IMG/VR virus record: IMGVR_UViG_3300025437_000011
Location: 1 to 64,000 of that record
Length of the DNA: 64,000 nt
Direction: 5' to 3' (one strand)
Source of the DNA: a virus
The notes under the pieces were generated by a model. The model had not been told where the DNA came from. It saw only the letters and a program-made list of their open reading frames with translations, and searched no databases. Positions 1-9,290 of this stretch are shown piece after piece (the stretch's first letter is position 1; each line of letters starts with the position of its first letter). The translations under genes and the position numbers were made by a program.

Positions 1-318
1 AGGAATATTAAGATGCAGTTGAATGAGGCTATTAATAATCTACAAACTGAATACAACCAGTGCAGAACACGCCAAAGTAAACTATACAAATCACTTGTTG
101 ACGATAGATCCAAAAGGATATCGGCCAGAAGAGAGGAGAACGCTAGTATCCTAAATTTAGTTCAAGCGTGGAAAGACGAGGAAAGAAGAAAGGGTATTAT
201 CCAGCTTGCTGAAGCACAAAAGCAAAATCTTAAAGATGAGGCAAAAAGACTTTCGTCCATGGACGAGCTTAAAGCTGTTATTCGTGGCATTGATATTGAT
301 GAAATGGTTAATGGTTAA
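1..318 (+). CDS. Coiled-coil protein upstream of the terminase locus, probably 5'-truncated by the window edge (possible terminase small subunit)
   Basis: Frame is open from base 1 (agg aat att aag atg...); charged helical sequence; two genes upstream of TerL. Function is a positional guess. Confidence 0.45.
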   Translation, partial: RNIKMQLNEAINNLQTEYNQCRTRQSKLYKSLVDDRSKRISARREENASILNLVQAWKDEERRKGIIQLAEAQKQNLKDEAKRLSSMDELKAVIRGIDIDEMVNG

Positions 319-321
319 GTT

Positions 322-1263
322 ATGCACTATAAGAACTATTTAAAATGTAAGATTTGCCCGAAAGAAGTTCCGGATCATATTGATTTGATTACTCACCTCA
401 AGTATCACAAGGTATCGGCCAAGTATTATTTTAATCATTATTTTCCAAAAACAGATCTGCTTAATGGTGATAAGGTTGACTATAAATCTTTTGAGCAGTT
501 TTATGTTTCAGACTTTGTAGATAAAAGAAACCTAAAGCTTTGGCTAAAGGAAATTCCCAAGAGTGAAGCTTGCGCATACTTAAAACAAAAATTAAAGATG
601 TATTGCGAGTTAAAGGGTTTGGTTTATGCGCCAAGTCAATCAGAAATTAAAACGATTGCTTGTTTGCCAAGTATTGATATTTTTGAGTTATATTGTGAGG
701 AAAGTTTTAATGCTATTTGTGACAGTGTGGGTTTAAAAACTAAATTTGATTATTCTGTTGGATACAGTCAGGCTGATTTCTCAAAATATTCGCAGGACAA
801 TATTGTTGTTGATACTAGAGAACAAACCCCTTTAAAGTTTAAGGGTCTTCAAATTATTTCTTCGAAACTTGAGTGTGGGGACTATGCTAAATCGGTTGAT
901 GCAAGTCTAACGGTTGAAAGAAAAAGTTTAAATGATTTTTATTCAACGCTGAGTGGCGGATTAGAAAGATTTAAGAAAGAAATTGCTAGAGCAAAGTCCT
1001 TGGGAACCTATGTGGTTGTTCTCACTGAATGCAAACTTAATACTGTTCTTTATGCAAAAAGGAGATTTGGTGCCTGTTCTGGTGATTTCGTAATGCACCA
1101 CATGAGACAGGTTTGTAGGGAGTTTGATAATGTTCAATTTGTATTTTGTGATGGTCGCGCTGAAGCATCACAGCAAACCCTTTATATTCTTGAAATGGGT
1201 GAGAAGGCTATCAATACTGATCTTCAATATTTATTTGATATGGGAGGATTCGTATGGCTTTAA
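322..1263 (+). CDS. C2H2-type zinc finger plus ERCC4 (XPF/Mus81-like) nuclease domain protein
   Basis: N-terminal CKIC...HLKYH; C-terminal ERCC4 motifs IVVDTREQ, GDY, VERKSLNDF, RFKKEI. Confidence 0.8.
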   Translation: MHYKNYLKCKICPKEVPDHIDLITHLKYHKVSAKYYFNHYFPKTDLLNGDKVDYKSFEQFYVSDFVDKRNLKLWLKEIPKSEACAYLKQKLKMYCELKGLVYAPSQSEIKTIACLPSIDIFELYCEESFNAICDSVGLKTKFDYSVGYSQADFSKYSQDNIVVDTREQTPLKFKGLQIISSKLECGDYAKSVDASLTVERKSLNDFYSTLSGGLERFKKEIARAKSLGTYVVVLTECKLNTVLYAKRRFGACSGDFVMHHMRQVCREFDNVQFVFCDGRAEASQQTLYILEMGEKAINTDLQYLFDMGGFVWL

Positions 1264-3155
1264 TAGTTGGAAAACAAAACAGTAAGGGCTGGAGTGATGT
1301 TAATAAAGAATTAATGGAGTTAAAGGGCGAGCTAACTGATGCAGAGGCCAGAATTTCACTAGCTAAATTTTTAAGACATAATTTGGCATTTACAACTGAA
1401 CTCATGTTGGGCATTACTTTAGAGTCCTATCAAGAGCTTACCCTTAAATCATTCTTTCATAGAAATTATTGCATGCTGGTTTGGGGTCGTGGTTGTGCAA
1501 AGAGCTTTACTGCAGCAGTTTATTGCGTATTAAAATGCATTTTTGAACCGGGTACAAAAATACTCATAGCATCTATTAACTTTCGTACTAGCCGCAGACT
1601 GTTTAATGAAATTGAAAAATTCTTGGCCACTCCGGCTGCCGCATTGGCCCTGCAATGTTTTGGAGCTAAGATGAAGCGTAATGACCAATACGAATGGACT
1701 ATTAATGGTGGTAGTATTACGGCTATCCCTCTAACTGGAGAAAAAATTCGTGGTATACGCGCCAACGTTCTTATTCTCGATGAGTTTCTACTTCTTCCTC
1801 CGGATATTATTGATAATGTTTTAATGCCATTCTTGAGTTCACCTAGAGATGTTAGTGATAGAATTCGTACTAGAAAATTAGAAGATGAATTAATTAAAAA
1901 AGGATTGCTTCATGAGGATAATCGGCAAATTTTTGAGAATACTTCTCAGATGTTAGCTCTAAGTTCTGCCAGCTATACATTTGAGCATTTATATAGAGTT
2001 CATCAACAATGGGCCTCACTTATTGAGGAACCAGAACAACAGGAGTCAACAAATGGAGAACTGCCCGGCACCTACTTTATCTCACAATTAAGTTACGAGG
2101 CGCTTCCTCCGCACATGGTAGATCAGGCGGCAATTCAGTTGGCAAAAAATGGCGGAAGTTCACATAACTCATTCTTGCGAGAGTACGCCGCTAGGTTTAT
2201 TGATGGTGGTGATAGTTATTTCTCCCCAAAGAAAATGTTTCAATGTACAATTCCAGATGGAGAATATCCTACTACAAAAATTGTAGGAGAACCAGACAAA
2301 AAGTATGTTCTATCTATTGATCCTAACTTCTCATCGTCTAAGAGTGCGGATTATTTTGCAATGAGTTTAATTGAGCTTGATGAACAAAAAAAGCAGGGTA
2401 TATTAGTTCATGGGTATCAGGCGGCAGGATCTTCACTTCAAGACCATATAAAATATTTATATTATATATATAAGAATTTCAATATAGCATTGATAGTAAT
2501 TGACCATGCGGGTGCCGATACATTTATAGATGCCGTGAATAATTCTACGTTTTTTAAGGACATGAATAGACAAATTAAGTTTTTTGACTTTGATTCTGAT
2601 AAAGAAAACGAAGATTATGTTGCCATGTTAAAGGAGGCGGGCAGGCAGTACAATAAAGATATCGGCGCTATTTGTATTAAGCAATACTTTACTTCTTCCT
2701 TCCTAGTACGTGCAAATTCTTACCTACAAACTTGTATTGATCACAAGAAGATTTGGTTTGCATCAAGGGCAAGTAACCATCCGGATATTCTAGAAAATAT
2801 GTTTACAATGAATCTTCCGATGGACTATGTCTACCCAAGGGGAATTGGCGATAAGGCAGATAATGAATATGAAACTAAAAAATTAACTGTTCGTGATTTT
2901 ATCGAACAGCAGGATTTTATTATTCAAGATACCAAAGATCAGTGCGCTAACGTTGAGGTAACAAGTACCTCTAGAGGAACGCAAAGTTTTGATTTACCAT
3001 CAAATCTTCGTAAATCCACTAGCGTTAACCGTGCCCGTAAAGATAACTATACAACCTTAATGTTGGGAAATTGGGGTGTAAAGTGTTATTTTGATATAAT
3101 GACCCCTGATAATTTAAAGAAAAAAAACACTGATTTTGTTGCGGTGCTGATTTAA
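1254..3155 (+). CDS. terL: Terminase large subunit
   Basis: Walker A-like GRGCAKS, IRGIRANVLILDE Walker B, LSSA coupling motif, REYAARF linker, nuclease LSIDP and C-terminal KDNYT; directly upstream of portal-sized gene. Confidence 0.9.
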   Translation: MALIVGKQNSKGWSDVNKELMELKGELTDAEARISLAKFLRHNLAFTTELMLGITLESYQELTLKSFFHRNYCMLVWGRGCAKSFTAAVYCVLKCIFEPGTKILIASINFRTSRRLFNEIEKFLATPAAALALQCFGAKMKRNDQYEWTINGGSITAIPLTGEKIRGIRANVLILDEFLLLPPDIIDNVLMPFLSSPRDVSDRIRTRKLEDELIKKGLLHEDNRQIFENTSQMLALSSASYTFEHLYRVHQQWASLIEEPEQQESTNGELPGTYFISQLSYEALPPHMVDQAAIQLAKNGGSSHNSFLREYAARFIDGGDSYFSPKKMFQCTIPDGEYPTTKIVGEPDKKYVLSIDPNFSSSKSADYFAMSLIELDEQKKQGILVHGYQAAGSSLQDHIKYLYYIYKNFNIALIVIDHAGADTFIDAVNNSTFFKDMNRQIKFFDFDSDKENEDYVAMLKEAGRQYNKDIGAICIKQYFTSSFLVRANSYLQTCIDHKKIWFASRASNHPDILENMFTMNLPMDYVYPRGIGDKADNEYETKKLTVRDFIEQQDFIIQDTKDQCANVEVTSTSRGTQSFDLPSNLRKSTSVNRARKDNYTTLMLGNWGVKCYFDIMTPDNLKKKNTDFVAVLI

Positions 3156-3167
3156 AAAAAGATTTAA

Positions 3168-3173
3168 GTGTAA
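3168..3173 (+). promoter_or_regulatory. GTGTAA candidate late-promoter element upstream of portal
   Basis: Same hexamer recurs before many structural genes (see findings). Confidence 0.6.
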
Positions 3174-3192
3174 TAGACTTTTATAATATATA

Positions 3193-5190
3193 ATGAGAAA
3201 GAAGGCATCAACGGTAAAGGCAAAAGATTCAGAAGTAAGGGCCTCGGCGGAAAAGCCGAAGAAAAACCTTGTAGTTCCTGAGCCATCTCTTATTGCTGGA
3301 TCGGCAACTTTAGACAATATAATGGAGGTCAAGGCCGATGCGTCTGATGATTTTTATAATACGGATACTTATACTCAAGTACCGGGCACCAGAAGAAATC
3401 GCGCGGCAACAATTACTAGAACAACCCAATATGCTAATATTGAAGGTGGTATCGTTCCTTTTATTTATAGTGGTGGCCGTGGTAATTATACCTCAAATAT
3501 TAGTATTCGTGATGGTATTATTCTGTGTCAAAAAGCTTATTATAACTATCCTATTTTCCGTAACACAATTGACCTAATGACGGAATTTAGCTGTTCTCCT
3601 ATTTATTTTAGTGGGGGTAATGCGCAGTCTAGAAGATTTTTTGAGGCTTGGGCGGAAAGAGTTAATCTTTGGAAGTTGCAGGACTCATTCTTTAGGGAAT
3701 ATTTCAGAAGTGGTAATGTATTCATGTATAAGTTAAATGCTACCTTCAAGAAGGAAGACATGATGACAATCACTCAACTAATGGGTGCAACTGAAAGGGA
3801 TATTCCTATTCGTTATGTAATTTTAAATCCTGCAGATATTCAATCAATCGGATCTGCTTCTTTTATTGCACCTAGATATGTTAAGGTTCTTAACGATTTT
3901 GAAATGCAGCTTCTTACTAATCCAAAAACAGATGAGGACAAAAAATTAGCTGAAAAAATTAGAGAGTTTGCACAAATTCAAGACACAGTAAAGATTTCTC
4001 AGGCAAATGCCTATCTGGTCTTCTATCTAGACCCTGATAAGGTCAAGGCAGTATTCTATAAAAAACAGGATTATGAGCCATTTAGTGTTCCGATGGGGTT
4101 CCCAGTTCTTAGAGATATTAATTGGAAACAGGAATTAAAGAATATTGACATGGCAATTAGTCGTACTGTTCAACAGGCGGTTCTTCTTGTCACGATGGGT
4201 AATGATGAAATTGGAATGCCAAGTAAGGCACAAATTCAGGCACTAACAAATATCTTTCAGAACGAGAGTGTTGGGCGAATACTGGTGGCAGATTATACAA
4301 CAAAAGTTCAATTTGTTATCCCAGAAATCGCCCACATTCTCGATCCTAAAAAATATGAAATTGTAGACAAGGATATTAGGGAAGGTTTAAACAGTATTCT
4401 ATTGGGAGATGAAAAGTATGCTAACTCACAAACTAAAGTTGAAGTATTTCTTGCTAGATTAAAGCATTCTAGAGAAATGTTTATGAATCAATTTTTATTG
4501 CCTGAAGTTAAAGAAATTGCAAAAGAGCTTGGTTTTAAATCTGTTCCCACTCCAAGATTTAAAGATGTAGACTTTAAAGATGATAGTACTTTGGCGAGAA
4601 TTTATTCAAGACTTATTGAGATCGGCGTTTTGACCCCAGAAGAGGGCGTTACTGCAATTGATACTGGTAGACTACCAACTCCAAATGAGAGTGTGGAAAA
4701 TCAGCGTAAACTTGCCGAATATCACAAGGAAGGTCTTTATCAGCCAGTTCTTAATAATCCTAATCTACTTATACCCGGCGGTGAGGGAGCGGGAAGGCCT
4801 TCGGGAACTGGTGGAACACCAAAAGCACAAAGCAAAATTTCTCCAGTTGGTAAGAGTTCTCCTGCTGGGCCTAAAAATAAAATTTCCGCAACAAAGGTTG
4901 CTGAAAATTTGACAAAATTTGACTTATTGGTTGCTAGTGTTGAAACTACTCTAAAAGAAAAATTTAATAAAAAGAAACTATCCAAAGAACAAAAGAAGAT
5001 TGTGACTGAAGTTGCAGAAACAATTGGTATAAATGAATCTCCCGATAAGTGGATGGAAAGTATTGCGGAATATATTAATAATCCAGTGCAGTTAACCGAC
5101 AATTTTGCAGAAGTTCAAGAGATTGCCGAAAAGCATGGTGTAGATACAAAAACTGCGCTTCTATTAATGCATAGTGAAATTGAGGAATAA
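3193..5190 (+). CDS. Portal protein
   Basis: Follows TerL; IFRNTIDLMTEF and FFREYFRSGNVF segments resemble portal core; low-complexity GAGRPSG tail. Confidence 0.8.
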   Translation: MRKKASTVKAKDSEVRASAEKPKKNLVVPEPSLIAGSATLDNIMEVKADASDDFYNTDTYTQVPGTRRNRAATITRTTQYANIEGGIVPFIYSGGRGNYTSNISIRDGIILCQKAYYNYPIFRNTIDLMTEFSCSPIYFSGGNAQSRRFFEAWAERVNLWKLQDSFFREYFRSGNVFMYKLNATFKKEDMMTITQLMGATERDIPIRYVILNPADIQSIGSASFIAPRYVKVLNDFEMQLLTNPKTDEDKKLAEKIREFAQIQDTVKISQANAYLVFYLDPDKVKAVFYKKQDYEPFSVPMGFPVLRDINWKQELKNIDMAISRTVQQAVLLVTMGNDEIGMPSKAQIQALTNIFQNESVGRILVADYTTKVQFVIPEIAHILDPKKYEIVDKDIREGLNSILLGDEKYANSQTKVEVFLARLKHSREMFMNQFLLPEVKEIAKELGFKSVPTPRFKDVDFKDDSTLARIYSRLIEIGVLTPEEGVTAIDTGRLPTPNESVENQRKLAEYHKEGLYQPVLNNPNLLIPGGEGAGRPSGTGGTPKAQSKISPVGKSSPAGPKNKISATKVAENLTKFDLLVASVETTLKEKFNKKKLSKEQKKIVTEVAETIGINESPDKWMESIAEYINNPVQLTDNFAEVQEIAEKHGVDTKTALLLMHSEIEE

Positions 5191-5192
5191 TT

Positions 5193-6608
5193 ATGGCACA
5201 AAGTTTAATTAACAAAACACAGTTAGCTCCAAATATATCCGATCTTGTTAGCGGTTATGGGCAAAACTTTTTTTACCCATTACTTTCTAATCCAAGTGGA
5301 TATGTAACCTCATCATCTTTGAGTAGTACGGGAGTGTTCGCAACTACCGGTCAGTTAAGCGGTTACTATCCGAGAAGCAATCCTAGTGGGTATATTACCG
5401 GAAATTTATCTTTATATACACCACTGGCATCTTTTAATTCTTTAAGTGGTTCTTTCGCCTATTTAAGTGGATATGTTATAAATAACAGTCTTGTCACTAC
5501 TTTATATTTAAGTTCGCAAAATTATGCTTCAGCAAGTTCACTTTCTGCTTTAAGCTCTTCTTTAAATAATTCGTATTCTGCATTAGCCTTAAATGTTGCT
5601 TCTACTGGTTCAACTTTAAGTAATCAAATATTATCTTTAAGCGGAACGCTGACTGGATCAATTTATTCGACCAGTGGTGCCCTATCTGGGTCGATTAATT
5701 CTCTAAGCGGAACTCTAACATCTACCTACGCGACCATTACAAATCTTGCTTCAACCGGATCTACGCTCACAAGTAATCTAGCGACGACTGGTTCAACACT
5801 CGCCGGGTCAATTAATTCTCTAAGCGGAACACTGACTAGTAATTATGCGACCAATGCTTCTGTAACTAGTATTGTCAACAGTGCAGTTGCAGTAACAGTT
5901 GTTTTAACTACTGGAGATCAGTTTATTAGTGGTTCGAAAACCTTTACAACTGGAGTTACAATTACTGGCAATGTTAATACATTACTAAACGTAACTGGAT
6001 TATATTCAGGTTATCAGCAAATTAATATTCAAAATTTTTCTAATTCGCAAGGCGCTAGTTCTGATTTTGTAGCTACCGCTGATTTCGGAAATCAAAATTC
6101 AGGATATGTGGATCTGGGAATCAATAGCTCAAAATACACTGGAGCATATGTGGGATATACTGGAGATGCATATCTGTACTCGCTTGCAAATGATTTTTAT
6201 ATTGGTAATGCAAATCCGAATGCAAAATTATATTTATTTGCAGGAAATACTCCATACTCTGGAAACCAAGCTGGTCTTACAGTTTTTAATAATAATTTTG
6301 GTATTAATAATTCTAACCCTACCTTTAATTTAGATGTTAGTGGAAATACTCGTTTTTCTGGAAATATAAATGTAAGTGGAACTGGTATTTTTGCTAAAAA
6401 TATAAATGTAAGTGGAACTGGTATTTTCACTTATGACTTAAATGTCGGTGGAAGTGGTAATTTTTCTAGTGGTGTTTTTTCTAAGGGTAGTCCGGTTATT
6501 ACGGGCAATTCAACGGTCACCTCTATTATAGGGATGGGACTAAGCGCATATAATGCATTAGGTGCCCAGATTAATCCTGCTACTCTTTATATTATAACGG
6601 GGGCTTAA
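5193..6608 (+). CDS. Fibre-like virion protein with Ser/Thr/Gly-rich repeats
   Basis: SLSGTLT/ASTGSTL repeats, TTGDQFISGSKTF fibre motif, GINNSNPTFNLDVSG beta-repeat, C-terminal YNAL...PATLYII motif. Confidence 0.65.
   Translation: MAQSLINKTQLAPNISDLVSGYGQNFFYPLLSNPSGYVTSSSLSSTGVFATTGQLSGYYPRSNPSGYITGNLSLYTPLASFNSLSGSFAYLSGYVINNSLVTTLYLSSQNYASASSLSALSSSLNNSYSALALNVASTGSTLSNQILSLSGTLTGSIYSTSGALSGSINSLSGTLTSTYATITNLASTGSTLTSNLATTGSTLAGSINSLSGTLTSNYATNASVTSIVNSAVAVTVVLTTGDQFISGSKTFTTGVTITGNVNTLLNVTGLYSGYQQINIQNFSNSQGASSDFVATADFGNQNSGYVDLGINSSKYTGAYVGYTGDAYLYSLANDFYIGNANPNAKLYLFAGNTPYSGNQAGLTVFNNNFGINNSNPTFNLDVSGNTRFSGNINVSGTGIFAKNINVSGTGIFTYDLNVGGSGNFSSGVFSKGSPVITGNSTVTSIIGMGLSAYNALGAQINPATLYIITGA
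5688..5830 (+). repeat. Direct repeat gggtc(g/a)attaattctctaagcggaac, two copies 117 bp apart
   Basis: Copies at 5688-5713 and 5805-5830, both encoding GSINSLSGT. Confidence 0.8.
6362..6427 (+). repeat. Tandem duplication with 36-bp period (NINVSGTGIF x2)
   Basis: aaatataaatgtaagtggaactggtatttt at 6362-6391 and 6398-6427. Confidence 0.9.
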
Positions 6609-6609
6609 C

Positions 6610-7524
6610 ATGTTATTAACTCAAGCTAGTGGCATACTTCTTGGGACAACGCAGATTTTTAAGATCTATCGGGGTAGTACGCTGGTTTGGCAGGCAGCAT
6701 CGCAATTAGATGTTAATACTCTTTTTTATGTTGATAGTGTGCAAAAGGCAGATGGTCAAGCCTTGGAGTCTACGGTTATATCCGCTATGAATACATTTAT
6801 CACGGGATGCAAGGCTGATGGAACGTGGAGCGGTTTGCAGTCCTCATGTTTAATGGCCGGACCGCGCACATTAACTGGCGCACTACAACCTTTAATGTTG
6901 GGACAACCTGGTCCAACAAATTATAATTTTAACACTAATGATTATAATAGAACATCTGGAATTCATAGTAGTGGAACTAGAGCCGGAACGGCAAAATTTT
7001 TAGACACAAATAGAAGATTTGATGCGGACGGTTTTGGAAATCAGCATATGGCTGTTTATGTAACAAAAGCGCTGGCTGGAACTAGTACATATATGGGTAT
7101 TGTTGGAGCCACAAACGAATATTCCTCGATTGGCGCGCATTTTGGAGCCGCCCCCTATGTTAGGCAATTACAATTTTATTGCCAAAATAGTAAAACTGAT
7201 TATGCTGCAAATCAGAGCGCTGTAGCTACTGGCTATATTGGTATTAACTCTATAGCTAATTATGTTTTATATGCACAATATGGTTACAGATTTTCCCAAT
7301 CAGACCATATCGCCTCAAATAATTCAACTCCATATTATCCCCCCATAACTGGCACGGCCTATGTATTTTCTAGGGGAAATTATCTTTCCATACCGAAGCA
7401 GGAATATAATTGCTCAGCGACGTTATCTTATTATTCGTTTGGGCCAAAAATTCCTAGCCAGTCATTACTAGATAGTAGAATTACTCAGTATATGCAAACA
7501 ATTCAGTCTCTTGGCTTATCTTGA
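6610..7524 (+). CDS. Putative fibre-tip or receptor-binding virion protein
   Basis: N-terminal GILLGTTQIFKIYRGSTLVW adaptor-like motif commonly seen after genes ending in TLYII; beta-rich body. Confidence 0.5.
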   Translation: MLLTQASGILLGTTQIFKIYRGSTLVWQAASQLDVNTLFYVDSVQKADGQALESTVISAMNTFITGCKADGTWSGLQSSCLMAGPRTLTGALQPLMLGQPGPTNYNFNTNDYNRTSGIHSSGTRAGTAKFLDTNRRFDADGFGNQHMAVYVTKALAGTSTYMGIVGATNEYSSIGAHFGAAPYVRQLQFYCQNSKTDYAANQSAVATGYIGINSIANYVLYAQYGYRFSQSDHIASNNSTPYYPPITGTAYVFSRGNYLSIPKQEYNCSATLSYYSFGPKIPSQSLLDSRITQYMQTIQSLGLS

Positions 7525-7553
7525 CAATTATTAATTAATTTTTAATTAATTTG

Positions 7554-7559
7554 GTGTAA
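7554..7559 (+). promoter_or_regulatory. GTGTAA candidate late-promoter element upstream of lysis cassette
   Basis: GTGTAAatagtat, 8 nt before ATG 7568. Confidence 0.6.
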
Positions 7560-7567
7560 ATAGTATC

Positions 7568-8173
7568 ATGAGGAATTTAACAATAGCACTATTTGGAGTT
7601 CTATTTTTTTTAGGTGGATGTAATCCTAAATTTATAGAAAAGCAATCCGAGCCATTAAAGCAGGCCGTCTATGGTGTAAATGATTCACTTGATAAGGGAA
7701 GAATAGATCTTGCTTGGTACTATTCAAATGAAACTACTCGTTTAGTTAGTCCTCCTGCCGTTAGACTTGATGTAAAGAGTTTATACCAAACGGTTGATGT
7801 TAAAAAAAACCCCACCGGACAAAGGGTTATTATTTTGCCAGAACAGCTTAAGGGTAATAAAGTTGTAGTTGTTAATACGGATGACTACAAGGAATTATTG
7901 AAAAATAAAGATGTTGCGAATCAATTAAAAAATGAAATTGTAGAAAAAACAAAATTCACCGATACTATTATTAAGCAACAGAAAAATAACGAAAAAATTC
8001 AGTCTGATCTTTTAAATTCATACAATGCGGCTAAATTAAAAATCTCGCAAAAAGATACATCTATTTGGTATAGAAATTTTATAATTTTAGGTTTATTAGT
8101 ATTGATTGGTGGATATATTGGTTTAAGAGTTGCTATTTCATATGGCAAAATGTCTCTACCCTTTTTAATATAA
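7568..8173 (+). CDS. Lipoprotein with C-terminal TM helix; candidate unimolecular spanin
   Basis: Signal peptide with lipobox LGGC (Cys18); C-terminal hydrophobic FIILGLLVLIGGYIGL; adjacent to holin and endolysin. Confidence 0.65.
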   Translation: MRNLTIALFGVLFFLGGCNPKFIEKQSEPLKQAVYGVNDSLDKGRIDLAWYYSNETTRLVSPPAVRLDVKSLYQTVDVKKNPTGQRVIILPEQLKGNKVVVVNTDDYKELLKNKDVANQLKNEIVEKTKFTDTIIKQQKNNEKIQSDLLNSYNAAKLKISQKDTSIWYRNFIILGLLVLIGGYIGLRVAISYGKMSLPFLI

Positions 8174-8179
8174 AATATT

Positions 8180-8644
8180 ATGTGGCAGCAAATAATAGAT
8201 GTCGCTAAAACTGCACACGCTTTTTTAACTAACGGCGAGGCGCCTCCAAATACCCCAGATTATTTAAAACGGCAAATGGAAGATACGAACCATTTGGCTT
8301 CAAAGAAGTTTTTCATAATAATGACTTCTCTTCTGATTATAGTTACTATGTTTTTTATTGCCGTTGCAATACTTTTTTTTATTCCAAAAGATCATGATAT
8401 TGTTATCACAACTTATGCGGCAATATTTAGTAAAATTATGGAACAGATTGCCCTAGTTATTTCTGTTTATTTGGGCGCACAGGGTCTGGTAGATTTAAAA
8501 TACAATTCTTCTTCAAGTGTTGGTGTTCAGGGTATTGCCGAATCTTCTAATGCTAATGAAAATAAAAATGTTAATTTAGATGAAAGAATTTTATCTAATA
8601 ATGCAAAAGAAAATGATTATAATATACAGGAGACCGCATTATGA
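8180..8644 (+). CDS. Putative holin (two TM helices)
   Basis: SKKFFII...TM1 and IALVISVYLGAQGLVD TM2; overlaps endolysin start (ATGA). Confidence 0.65.
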   Translation: MWQQIIDVAKTAHAFLTNGEAPPNTPDYLKRQMEDTNHLASKKFFIIMTSLLIIVTMFFIAVAILFFIPKDHDIVITTYAAIFSKIMEQIALVISVYLGAQGLVDLKYNSSSSVGVQGIAESSNANENKNVNLDERILSNNAKENDYNIQETAL

Positions 8645-9255
8645 AAAACCCAAGTGCAAAAGCTCTTTCACTAATTTTAGAATATGAAGTTGGCGGTGGC
8701 AAGGAGTATTATGAAAGGTTTTTAAGTGGCCCAACGTGGCCGGGCGGCGCAAGTGGCATGACTCTTGCTATAGGTATAGATTGTGGATACTATACACCTA
8801 CTGAATTATCTGAGATTTTTAATTTCCTTCCTCCTGATCAACTCAAGGCAGTTCGTGCAGCCTCTGGTAAAACTGGACAGGCTGGCAAAGAATATACAAA
8901 ATCCGTCCTTAACTTAAATATAAAAATAACATGGGATCAAGCAGTTGAAATATTTGATAAATATACTTGGCCAAAATTCGCCAGACTCGCTGAAAGAGCT
9001 TTTCCGGGTTTGGATTCTCTATGCGACAATGCATATGGTGCCATTGTTTCTTTGGTATTTAATCGTGGGGCTAGTATGGCTGGCGATAGCCGTAGAGAAA
9101 TGAGAGAGATTCGTGATCTAGTTCCTAAAAAGGATTATAGAAGTATTGCGGTAGAATTACAGAAGATGAAAAGAATTTGGAAAGATAAGGGTTTAGACGG
9201 GCTTTTAGAAAGGCGCGATGCCGAATCAAAACTTGTTCTTTCTTGCGCGAATTAA
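8641..9255 (+). CDS. Endolysin, lysozyme-fold (GH24/pesticin-like muramidase)
   Basis: YEVGG, GASGMTLAIGIDCG, AIVSLVFNRG and GLLERRDAE motifs. Confidence 0.8.
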   Translation: MKNPSAKALSLILEYEVGGGKEYYERFLSGPTWPGGASGMTLAIGIDCGYYTPTELSEIFNFLPPDQLKAVRAASGKTGQAGKEYTKSVLNLNIKITWDQAVEIFDKYTWPKFARLAERAFPGLDSLCDNAYGAIVSLVFNRGASMAGDSRREMREIRDLVPKKDYRSIAVELQKMKRIWKDKGLDGLLERRDAESKLVLSCAN

Positions 9256-9265
9256 TTTAGTTTTC

Positions 9266-9271
9266 GTGTAA
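9266..9271 (+). promoter_or_regulatory. GTGTAA candidate late-promoter element upstream of protease/scaffold gene
   Basis: Intergenic, 19 nt before ATG 9291. Confidence 0.55.
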
Positions 9272-9290
9272 GAATATTATTACTATTAAT

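Noticed and set aside
7521-7550. Sigma70 promoter at TTGACA upstream of the lysis cassette
   Set aside because: No convincing -10 at 16-18 bp spacing in a very AT-rich tract; the GTGTAA motif explains the region better.
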